A stretch of 64,000 nucleotides of DNA from an uncultured Gemmatimonadales bacterium. GTDB lineage: Bacteria; Gemmatimonadota; Gemmatimonadetes; Gemmatimonadales; GWC2-71-9. The stretch is taken from the NCBI GenBank assembly GCA_963739455.1, contig CAVUAK010000001.1:1856001-1920000 (forward strand), written 5' to 3'. Of the stretch, positions 15,030 through 24,720 are shown piece after piece (the stretch's first letter is position 1; the number at the start of each line of letters is the position of its first letter). The notes beneath the pieces were generated by a model. It was not told the DNA's origin. It did not search any database and saw only the letters and a list, made by a program, of their open reading frames with translations. Position numbers and translations under genes: made by a program.

Positions 15030-16504
15030 CCGCGATCCTCGCGCTCGACCAGGGCACCACCGGCTCGACGGCGCTCGTCGTGCGCGAGGATGGCCGTATC
15101 ATCGGTCGCGGCTACCGCGAGTTCACCCAGTTCTTCCCGGAACCGGGCTGGGTCGAGCACGATCCACTTGAAATCCTGCGCGTGTCGCTCGAGGCAATGC
15201 GCGAAGCGGTAGCCCAGGCCGGCACACGACCGACGGCGCTCGGCATCACCAACCAACGGGAGACGGTGGTTCTCTGGGACCGGCGAAGCCTGGAGCCGGT
15301 GGCGCGAGCGATCGTCTGGCAGGACCGTCGCACCGCTGCGCGCTGCCGCGAGCTGCGTGAGGCCGGGCTCGAGACGATGATCCGGCGTCGCACCGGCCTC
15401 GTGTGCGATCCCTACTTTTCCGCGACAAAGCTCGAGTGGCTGCTCAGGGACCAGGCACTTCGTGCCGCCGCCGTGCGTGGTGACATTGCGGCGGGAACAG
15501 TGGAGAGCTGGCTCGTGGCGCGACTCACGGGCGGTCTCCACGTCAGCGACCACACGAACGCATCTCGCACCCTTCTCTACAACCTCGCGGCGCGGGCGTG
15601 GGACGATGAACTCCTGGCGCTCTTCTCGGTACCGCGCACGATGCTCGCCGAGATCGTACCCTCGGCCGGCGTGCTGGGTGACGTGCGCGAGGAGCACCTC
15701 GGCTTTCGTCTCCCGATCGCGGGTCTCGCGGGCGACCAGCAGTCGGCTCTCTTCGGTCAGGGTTGCACCCGTTCCGGCATGGCGAAGAACACCTACGGTA
15801 CCGGCGCGTTTCTCCTGGTCCATGCGGGAGATGCGGTGCCTGAACCGGCGCCGGGCCTGCTTGGTACCGCGGCGTGTGGCCCTGCCGGCGAGCCGGCCTA
15901 TGCCGTCGAGGGCAGCGTCTTCATCGCCGGTGCAGCGATTCAATGGCTGCGCGATGGCCTCGGAGTCATCGCGACGGCGTCCGAGACGCAGGCAATGGCC
16001 ATGAGCGTCAGCGACACCGGCGGCGTCACTTTTGTGCCGGCATTTGTCGGGCTCGGCACGCCGCACTGGGAGGCTGAAGCGCGCGGAACCATTACCGGGA
16101 TCACGCGAGGCACCACGCGGGCGCACCTGGTGCGCGCGGCGGTGGAGTCGATTGCGTTTGGAACCGCCGACCTCCTCCGCACCGTCATGGACTCGAGTGC
16201 GCTCGAGGTGCCGGTGCTGCGGGTCGATGGCGGCGCCGCCGCGAACGATTTCCTCATGCAGTTCCAGGCCGACTTGCTCGGCGTTCCGGTCGAGCGTCCG
16301 GCCATGCTGGAGACCACTGCACTCGGCGCTGCCGGCCTCGCGGGTATTGCCACTGGCGTCTGGTCGTCGGTGGAGGAGCTTCGCGGTGGCGATGCCGTGC
16401 GCCGGTTTGAGCCCGCGATCAGCGCCGCGGAGCGGGCAACGCGCCTGCGGGCATGGGAGCGCGCGGTGCACGCAGCCCTCGCCTGGGCACGCTATCAGGC
16501 CTGA
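15026..16504 (+). CDS. glpK: Glycerol kinase
   Basis: LDQGTTGS, GITNQRET, DPYFSATK, GDQQSALFGQ, KNTYGTG, RVDGG; GTGA overlap with mtnA. Confidence 0.92.
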   Translation: MTAILALDQGTTGSTALVVREDGRIIGRGYREFTQFFPEPGWVEHDPLEILRVSLEAMREAVAQAGTRPTALGITNQRETVVLWDRRSLEPVARAIVWQDRRTAARCRELREAGLETMIRRRTGLVCDPYFSATKLEWLLRDQALRAAAVRGDIAAGTVESWLVARLTGGLHVSDHTNASRTLLYNLAARAWDDELLALFSVPRTMLAEIVPSAGVLGDVREEHLGFRLPIAGLAGDQQSALFGQGCTRSGMAKNTYGTGAFLLVHAGDAVPEPAPGLLGTAACGPAGEPAYAVEGSVFIAGAAIQWLRDGLGVIATASETQAMAMSVSDTGGVTFVPAFVGLGTPHWEAEARGTITGITRGTTRAHLVRAAVESIAFGTADLLRTVMDSSALEVPVLRVDGGAAANDFLMQFQADLLGVPVERPAMLETTALGAAGLAGIATGVWSSVEELRGGDAVRRFEPAISAAERATRLRAWERAVHAALAWARYQA

Positions 16505-16510
16505 CCTCGG

Positions 16511-17972
16511 TCAGGGATTGCTGGACGGAATTCCCAGGGCGTGACAGGCGGTGCACATCTGCGGGTTCGCCTTGCGCAGTTTCTCGGCGGGGAAGTTTGG
16601 CCCATGCGGATTGAAGCGCCGCCCGCCGAACGACGAATGACACACCATGCAGTCCTTCTCACTGTGACAACTGACGCAGGTCTCGAGACCCTGTCGGGCG
16701 GCGGGCCCGTGCCCCGCCGCGAACGTGGGGTTTCCATCGTGGTAGATCGCCTGCCCGCCGATGAACCGGCCCCCTGAGGCGATGCCGTTCTGCGCGTGAC
16801 AGGTCTGGCAGAACTGGCCCGGGTTGTGGCAGTCGGAGCATGAAGCTTCACGACCATACGCTGCGACCGGGTGCCGAGTGATGAAATCGGCCGGGTGAAA
16901 TGTGCCTTGCGTGCCCGCGTTTGGGCGGTGGCATTGCAGGCATTGCTCCTGAACGTGGCATCCCGCGCATGTCTGCGGCGATGTGCCCGCCAGTTGCGCA
17001 TGGCCATCGGTGAAGTCGGTGCCGTGCGTGGCGGGGCGGGCGCGGGTCACGGTGGCACCTGCGCCGCGGCCTGGTCCCGCCACGGCGAGCACTCGCACCT
17101 GCTGGGGCGGCACCTGGTGGCACGCCTCGCAGCTGGTAGCGGTATGACACGAGCCGCATTGCTGGGTCACTTGCTGCTTCGACAGCTTGCGGCCGTGGGA
17201 GCTCGCGAACGCCGGCACCGAGTGCGATGCCGGAGCCTTCACGTCCGGCACGGCCATGGCGAGTGAACGCGCATCGGGCTGGAGCGCCTGGATCGCGGGC
17301 ACCTCGGGCGCGTTGACGTGACAGGTGATGCAGTAGTCCCGCGCGTGACAGGTCGTGCAGGAAGGTGACACGTTGTACTTCACGCCGTTCAGCACGATCG
17401 GCCCGGCGAACTTTCCATGTCCCGACTGGAAATCCGGCGAGGCATGTGAAGCAGGTGCCTTCCAGGTGGCGACTTGGGCCTCGGTGACGCCTGGTGGCAT
17501 CTCCCAGAACGGCACGTGGCAGGTGGCGCACTGCCCCGGCGGCGCGTCGAAGTGGTCGGTGCCCGCCTTGTGGCACGCCAGGCAGTTCCCGATCACGTCG
17601 CGCTGCACGTTCATCCACTTCGCGCCCGGCTCGCTGTGGCAGGACGCGCATGCCAGCCCACTGTCGCCTCGCGGCTTCGCGGCAACGACTCGCTGGTGGG
17701 CCTCGTGAGTAAACCGGAGGTTCGACGGAAGCGCCCCTGTGCGCGGTGCCCAGGTGACCGACTTCTGGATCTTGTCGTCATGGCAGGCCGCGCAGTCGGC
17801 CGGCGCGGGCCACAGCGGCTTCCGGGTCTCCGCCGCTCCTGCGTGACAAGTCTCACAGCGCACAAAGAGCGTGGCGTGCTGCGTGTGATCGAATGGAACA
17901 GCCTTCACCGCAGCGGCAGCCAGCAGGGCGCTCGCAGCGAGGGCGAGGAATCGCGAAGTGCGCGCTGGTCAT
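16511..17972 (-). CDS. Periplasmic 16-heme c-type cytochrome (+1 frameshift in the first codons)
   Basis: 16 CxxCH counted; in-frame signal peptide TSRFLALAASALLAAAAVKA lies upstream of the track ORF; ATG 17972 overlaps the porin stop and is off by 1 nt. Confidence 0.9.
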
Positions 17973-19477
17973 CGCTGGTATCCCACCGCACTCGGCATGC
18001 GCTTCACGGCGTCGGGCAAGCCGGTCCGGTCGGCGCCACCCGCGCTGAATACGTAAGTGACGTAGGCGCTGATGCGGGCCTGGTTCCAGTCGAACGCGGC
18101 CGCGTCCGGTCGCTTCCGGTTCTCGTTCACGTAGACGATGGATGCTCCGACGAGCACCTGCTGCGTGGTGCGCAGGCTCACGTCGAGCCCCGCCCAGGTG
18201 AGGTAGCTGTCATCGAATCGGTATACCAGCGGGCGCTGGCTGTACGCGCCGTAGAGGCGCAACACCATCGCGTCGAATGGATTCCAGCCGACCGAGGCGT
18301 CGCCTCCTGCGGCCACGGCACCGAAGTTCCTCTCGTACATCCAGCCGGCATCGAAGGTCCAGCGTGGCAGCGCCGTGACCGTGGCTCCGACCGCCCACAG
18401 CGTGCCCGTTGGTGCGGCGCTGCCGAGCGCCGTCTCCGCGCCGGTGTTCTCGTACTCCTGCCACTGTATGCGCCCACGCAGCTTGAGCCAGCGGGTCGCC
18501 GAGACGATCGCCGATGCCTGCACGCCGTTCCACGGCACCGGGGAGAACGCCGGCCAGATCGACCAGAGATCGAAGCGCGGCATGTACCGCTTGTAGCCCG
18601 CCGTGGCCGAGACGCGCGGGGCGGTGAAGCGCACTTCGGCATCCGCGCTGCCGACCCAGCCCTGGGCAAGGTCGTATTCCATCCAGCCAGCCACGGCCAG
18701 CCGGGGGACCGGGCGGACCACCGCGCTGCCCGAGAGGAAATCCGACATGAGGTAGTCGGTGGAGCGGTCAACCTGGCGCTGCCACTGCGCCTGCGCCTCC
18801 ACTGGGCCGCCGACAAAGCCCACGAGCACGCCACCAATGAGGTTTCGTTCACCGGGTATGAAGTCGCCGAGTGGGGCGGTGACCGGGTCGTTCACGCCTA
18901 CCGAACTGGAGCGCGCGAGTCCCAGGCCGGCATAGCCGGTGGCTTCGAGGCCGTACTTCCGGTAGCGCAATGTGGCCCGGCCGCCATCGAAGCCGGCGAA
19001 GCCGAGACGCGTTGTGATGGTTTGCCGTCCCGCGAGGACGGCGAACCAGTCGTGCTGGTAGCTGAGGTAGCCTTCCCAGAACTGGAACGCGGGCGTGGTC
19101 GCGGCGAACGCCTCGTCGCCCGCGTTGCCGTTCATGCGGAAGTTGAGGTGCGCGCTCAGTCCGGCGGTTCCCAGGCCCCATGCGGTCACGTCGGTCGTGA
19201 AGACGAGCGGGGCGTACTGCACCCTGGGGCCGGCGGCGTAGAAGTAGCACCAGTTGGGTGCGCTGCAGGCCACCGCATAGCCCGTCGCACTGTAGAGCCC
19301 GCCGCCGTCTCCCACCACCACCTCCGACCGCGGAATGCTGTCGAGCAGCCAGCCGCGAGTGGCGACGCTCTGACCGCGCAGGTCAAACGACCCGCGGAAG
19401 CCTTGTGCCGATGCCGCCGATACGCCCAGCGCGATGCCCACTGCCACCAGCGCCACAACGCGCGCGGGGTGCTTCAC
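17969..19477 (-). CDS. Putative outer-membrane beta-barrel (porin of a porin-cytochrome complex)
   Basis: Signal peptide ending ASA-Q; many alternating, aromatic-rich beta strands; last strand ISAYVTYVF; located between multiheme genes. Confidence 0.75.
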   Translation of the reverse strand: MKHPARVVALVAVGIALGVSAASAQGFRGSFDLRGQSVATRGWLLDSIPRSEVVVGDGGGLYSATGYAVACSAPNWCYFYAAGPRVQYAPLVFTTDVTAWGLGTAGLSAHLNFRMNGNAGDEAFAATTPAFQFWEGYLSYQHDWFAVLAGRQTITTRLGFAGFDGGRATLRYRKYGLEATGYAGLGLARSSSVGVNDPVTAPLGDFIPGERNLIGGVLVGFVGGPVEAQAQWQRQVDRSTDYLMSDFLSGSAVVRPVPRLAVAGWMEYDLAQGWVGSADAEVRFTAPRVSATAGYKRYMPRFDLWSIWPAFSPVPWNGVQASAIVSATRWLKLRGRIQWQEYENTGAETALGSAAPTGTLWAVGATVTALPRWTFDAGWMYERNFGAVAAGGDASVGWNPFDAMVLRLYGAYSQRPLVYRFDDSYLTWAGLDVSLRTTQQVLVGASIVYVNENRKRPDAAAFDWNQARISAYVTYVFSAGGADRTGLPDAVKRMPSAVGYQR

Positions 19478-21487
19478 CGGTCGCCCAGGAGCTGCGGACG
19501 AAACGCCGATGGCGTGGCCAGCAGGTGGCACACAGTGCACTGCGTCCCTGCCTGGTGATCCACCTTGGGATCGTGGCAGGCGAGACAGAAAGCGCGATTG
19601 GGCTCAAGCCGCGACACGGTGGTTGCCTGGTGGCAGGCGACGCAGTCCACGTGCGACTCGCGGGTGTGCGCCTCCCAGTTCGTCGTACCACGATGGCAGC
19701 CGGCACAGTCGCGCCCGGCGTCATGATGCTGGTCGTGGCACCCCTGGCACTGTGCTGCCGCGGGGGATGCGGCCAGGGTCACCGGTGTGGTGTGACAGGT
19801 GAGGCACGTGACGGCGCCGTGACCTTCATGGCTGAATGCCACCTCGCGGGCGCGATCGGGCGCCTTCGGGGCGCTCGTCTGCACGTGAATGGTCTCGCTG
19901 ACCTGCAGCTCCTGCATGCGCGATGCGTCATGGCAGGACGAGCAATCGGCCTTCGTGGGCGCCTGGTGATGGCAGATGAGGCACCCGCGCGGGGCCTTGA
20001 ACGTGACGGTGCTCGCCTTCGACTTCACGTCGTGGCAGGTGATGCAGTGGAGTTTCTTGTGGTTGCTGTGCGAGAAGGGCCGGGGCGGTGCTCCTGGTGG
20101 GACAGGGTCTGGCGGCGGATCATCGATTGGTGCGTCACCCTTCCCGTGCGGCAACGGGGGTGCGATGTCCAGCGGACCGGACGTGCGCTGCAAGGTCTTG
20201 AGCGTGTCGAAGGGCAGGGGCGGCTTGCGGCGCAGTGCCGCGCGCGCCTTCGAACTCTGGTGGCACCCGACGCAATCTGACGCGTCCACCCGTGCCGCAT
20301 GCGGTGTGTGGCAGGTCTCGCAGCGCGCCGCGATCTTGCGATGCGCTGCGCCATCATGGAAGGCCACTTTCTTCGTATCCGCATGACAGCCCGCATCGGT
20401 GCAGCTCTTGAGCGCGTCCTTCGGTTTCACGTTCTGGTGCGGATTGTGGCACATGCCGCAGGTGCCGCCGTGCGGGTCGCGCTCCGGATTGAAGTCCGCA
20501 AGCCGTTCCCGCATCGCATGGCACGAGAAACACTGTTTCGATCCCGGTCGCAAGGCACCCTTGGCGGAATCGAAGGTGGCGAGCTCCGGGACCACGCGCG
20601 TGAACCGGTGGCAGACCATGCAGTGGAGCCCCGTCTGCCCCGCCATCTTCCCCAGCCGGATGTTCACGTCTTCAGTAAGGTGACAACCCTGCTGGGAGCA
20701 GGTGCTGTCCACCGGCGCAAAGCGGTGAGCCGAGCGCGCGTGACAGGTGAGGCATTCCACCTTTCCGCGGAGCGCCGAGCTGTCCGACTCCAGGTGCGTG
20801 CGGTGGCCGGCGGTCTTCGAAATGGCCTGCCATGTCGCCTTTGCGGCGCCCAGCTTGTGGCATTTCTCGCAGACGTCCCTGGGCACCTTGCCATGCTCGG
20901 GGATTGTCGAGTCGCGGACACCCGACATCCACAGCGTCATCTTCACCGCTTCCTTGCGGAAGTCGAAGGCGTGGCAGGTGTGACAGTTCAGCGTGTCGTG
21001 CTTGCCCTCGAGCTTGTTGACCAGCGTGTAGTCGCCGCTGTCGGGGCGCTCCACCACCTGGCCACTCGGCACGAAGACGTGGCACCCGTTGCACATGCGC
21101 GGGTCGTTCATCATGAAGTCGTACGACTTCATGCCGGCCGCGACGACGCCGAGCACCGCCAGCAGCACCACAGCGCCCAGGGCCGCCTTCACCGCCGTGC
21201 TTCGGGTCGCGAGGTACTTCACCACCGCCTTGATGTGCCCCCGCAGCCACCAGAGCGCGGCGATCCCCAGCGATGGCGGCGAGGATGGCGCCGCCCCACA
21301 TCACCCACGGGGGCTTCTGGAAGATCCACTGGATGATCGGGGTGACGGTGTCCGGCAGCAGCGTGTGGTCGACGGTGGAGTCGAGCACCTCGGGGTGGCC
21401 GGGCACCCGGATGGTGGCAGTGTCCTGCCTGCCAACGGAAGCGGCCGCCACGTAGGCGGCCGCACCGTGAACCAGCCGAGTCAGCAC
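19474..21487 (-). CDS. Membrane-anchored 20-heme cytochrome with a NapC/NirT-like N-terminal module (+1 frameshift near 21265)
   Basis: 18 CxxCH + 2 CX4CH; two hydrophobic segments before heme 1; Pro-rich linker between hemes 11 and 12; start inferred by joining frames. Confidence 0.85.
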
Positions 21488-21512
21488 GGGACGCCCGCGC
21501 TCCACTGGCGGC

Positions 21513-23142
21513 TTACCGGATCGCGGTCTGCCGTGCACCGGCGGGAGGGGTGTACCGGATGCCAGGCGTGGAGAGCGCATTCCGGACCGCAGCTTCCTGG
21601 GCCGGGGAAAGCGCGTTGAGCAGGCCATACCGCGCGCGTACCGCGTCGATCGACCCGGCGATCAGTCCGCGGTAGAGCACGGGGTTGTGGATGCCCTTGG
21701 AGCCATCGTTGTGCGGATAGAGTTCCTCGCCCAGCATCCGCGCGTTGAACAACGCACCCTCGGCCACCGACAGGCTGTTGTCCTTCGCATCGGCGGTGCA
21801 GCAGAAGTACGCGGAATCGGTTGCGGGCACGGTCGTGCCCGGATGCTGGGCAAGAACCGCAGGCAGCAGGCCGCCATCGGTAGTCTCGAGCACGGTATTG
21901 TGGTTCGTGTCGATCCACAGGATGTCTACCAGCACCTTGATGCTGGCCCGCGTGCTGTTGAAGAGATTGGCTGCGTTGTTGGCATTGCCATGACAGGCGG
22001 TGCAACCAGTCCAGAATCGCGCAGTTGCCGTGTATTCGCAACTTCCCGCGGTCGGGAGGCCGTTCGCGTCCTTGCACGGGTTGGGCGAGAACAGGTGACC
22101 GACCGAGGTGAACTCCGTGCCCGTGGAGAGGTCGGTGGTCGTGAAGGTGACCACGTGGCACCCGGCGCACAGGCGCGTGTTTGCCGTCACATGCGACGTC
22201 TGCACCGGGTTGTCCGGGTCATAGACGAACCCGGGAGGCGGCCAGCCGGCGGCCTCGCCGAAGTACACCGCGCCCTGGGACGCGTGGGCACCGCGCGAGT
22301 TGATCGTGAAGGACGGCGTCGCCGACGCGCTCTTGGTATGGCAACTCGAACAGAGGTTGGCTGTCCACGTCCGGATTGTCGATCGGGGCACGGAGCTGCC
22401 CGGCGTTTGTCTTGGCGTGCGGATCGTGACAGACAGCGCAGGTGAGCGGGAATTGCGTGGTCTTCCCGATGTAGTTGGTAGGCGCGTTGCCGCTCAGCTT
22501 GGCCATCGCCTGGGCGCCGCTATGGCAGGAGACGCCGCACGAGGTCGGCGTCTCAGCCGGCCCGCCGGGTTCATTCCGCAGGTTCGCATGCGCCGATTGC
22601 GACCATTGCTCCGCGAACGGGTGATGGGCCCCCGAATGGCAGGCGACACAGGTCTGTCCCGGCGGGGTTACCAGCCCGCTCGCGAGCGGGATGTTGGTCG
22701 AGTTCGGGTTGGTGACGTGGGTGAGGCCAGGACCGTGGCAGCTTTCGCACTGAACATTGTGATAGACGGAATCGGGCACGGCATTCCAGCCACCGGGAAT
22801 CCCAGCGGCGAAATAGGTGTTCCCGTTCTGCGATACGGTATGACAGCCAAAGCACGTCGGCAGTGCGACCCCCGGCGGCAGGGACGCGAGCGTTGCGTAT
22901 GCGTCGGCGTGCCTGGTGCCGGACCATTCCGTCTGGTTGTTGACGTGGCAGTTGCCGCAGGTCGTCTGGTTGGTGTGGACGTCATACAGCCCCAGGAATC
23001 CGGCCACGCTGTCGGGCGCCGGGTTGAAGCGGGGCTGGTCCACCTCGACGATCTCGGTATTGGTGCAGGCGCTCGCGGTGAACGCGCCCGCCAGGACGAC
23101 GAGCGCGAGCAGGGTCCAGTGCGGACGAAGGTTCGTGCGCAT
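21513..23142 (-). CDS. Multiheme (9-heme) cytochrome c lipoprotein (+1 frameshift near 22365)
   Basis: Lipobox FTASA-C; 8 CxxCH + 1 CX3CH across two frames; VQCESCHGPG c554-like motif. Confidence 0.85.
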
Positions 23143-23386
23143 GCGCGTCTCGGGAAGGCGAGGAATGACCGGCAGCAGTCTGCTACACATTACCGCCCGG
23201 TAGTTGTACGGACAAGAGAGCCCTGATGATCATTCCGTGAAGTTATCTTGTTCATTCCCTTGGAGTTATGGCAAGCGCCTTCGTGATGATCTCTTCACTC
23301 GTATCGACCCCATTCCGGCGCCAGTGCGGCTCCAGTATTCTCCTGTCGCTCGTTCAGATGCCACTCACTCCGAGGCAACGCCCCTC

Positions 23387-24197
23387 GTGACAACGACATG
23401 CCCTGCCTGCGGCGCCGCAGCCAGCGGGAAGTTCTGCAGCTCATGCGGCGCAGCGTTGTCACCCCGCAACTGCGGTCAATGCGGCCGGCCGGTCGCCCCA
23501 GGCGCGCAGTTCTGCCGGGATTGCGGCGCCGCAGTCGGGAGCCAGTCCCGCCAGCGTGGGTGGTGGGGATCGAGGTGGCCGGACCGCCTGGATTGCCGCA
23601 GCCGGACTCGGTGCGGCAGTGCTCGCGGTCGTCATCGCCTTTCTCGTCAAGAACGAGCGCCGCCCCGTGCCTTCGGCTGGGCCGATGGCTGCGGCGCTAT
23701 CGGCTGAAGCACAGACTTCGGCTGGACCGGAGGGAACGCCTCCAGACATCAGCAGCATGTCTCCGAAGGAGCGGTACGACCGGCTCTACAACCGGGTCAT
23801 GCGCGCTGCTGAATCGGGTGACCAGGCCACCGTGGAGCGCTTCACTCCCATGACGGTCATGGCCTTTCAGCAGCTCGACAGCATCGACGCCGATGCGCGC
23901 TTCCACATGGCGATGTTGCTCTTGCACACCGGGCAGGTTCCCGGCGCACAGGCGGAAGCCGACAGTATCCTCAAGTTCTCGCCCGGCCACCTCTTCGGGT
24001 ACATGATCCGGGGAGCCGTCGCCCGCTGGAACAAGGACGCGGGGGCCCTCAAGAAGGCTCAGGACGAGTTCCTGGTGCGCTACGACACGGAGATGAAGGC
24101 CAAGCGGCCCGAGTATGGGGAGCATGAGCGGGCGGTGAGTGACTTCCGGGCCTCAGCGCTGGGGCAGGCTCCTCCGCCCCCGGCCGCCGGTTCCTGA
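23387..24197 (+). CDS. Double zinc ribbon + TM + TPR-like protein (+1 frameshift near 23560)
   Basis: CPAC, CSSC, CGQC, CRDC; then TM WIAAAGLGAAVLAVVIAFLV and a helical C-terminus in the next frame. Confidence 0.7.
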
Positions 24198-24281
24198 CCG
24201 ATCAGCCAGGGGTCGGCGAAGGTATATTTGAGACCGTAACCTGATTGCAGGTCGGCAGGGGTACAGGCAGGAGGAGATGAC

Positions 24282-24704
24282 ATGAAGCCGGGTACCAAGT
24301 TCCTTATCGGCGCGCTGCTGATTGTGGGCAGCGTCGGTTTCCTCATCGCCCAAGGGGTGAAGGAAACCGGGGTGTATTTCCTGACGCCCACCGAGCTCGC
24401 TGCAAAGACCACCTCGGATCCCACGTTCTTCGACGTCGGCCTCAAGCTGGGTGCCAAGGTGGTTCCGGGTTCGATCAAGCGGGATGCAGCAACCCAGCAG
24501 GTCGATTTCCTGGTGAGTGACGGTGGCCGGCAGTACCCGGTGTCCTACCGCGGTATCGTGCCGGACACATTCACCGACGCGAATGACATCGAGGTCATCG
24601 TCGAGGGGCGCCTCGGGCGCGATGGTGTCTTCCACGCCACAGAAGTGTTCGCCAAGTGTGGTTCCCGCTACGAGGCCGAACTCGACAAGGCTGCCAAGGC
24701 CTGA
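24282..24704 (+). CDS. ccmE: Cytochrome c maturation heme chaperone CcmE, CxxxY variant
   Basis: N-terminal TM, YFLTPTE, VVPGSI, YRGIVPDTF, VIVEG, AKCGSRY; GGAGG RBS. Confidence 0.92.
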   Translation: MKPGTKFLIGALLIVGSVGFLIAQGVKETGVYFLTPTELAAKTTSDPTFFDVGLKLGAKVVPGSIKRDAATQQVDFLVSDGGRQYPVSYRGIVPDTFTDANDIEVIVEGRLGRDGVFHATEVFAKCGSRYEAELDKAAKA

Positions 24705-24720
24705 TCGCACGGCTCCTGAC

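Noticed and set aside
23200..23386. FNR/CRP/Rex box in the divergent promoter between the cytochrome and ccm operons
   Set aside because: The best candidate, GTGA-N8-TCAC near 23283-23298, has the wrong spacing.
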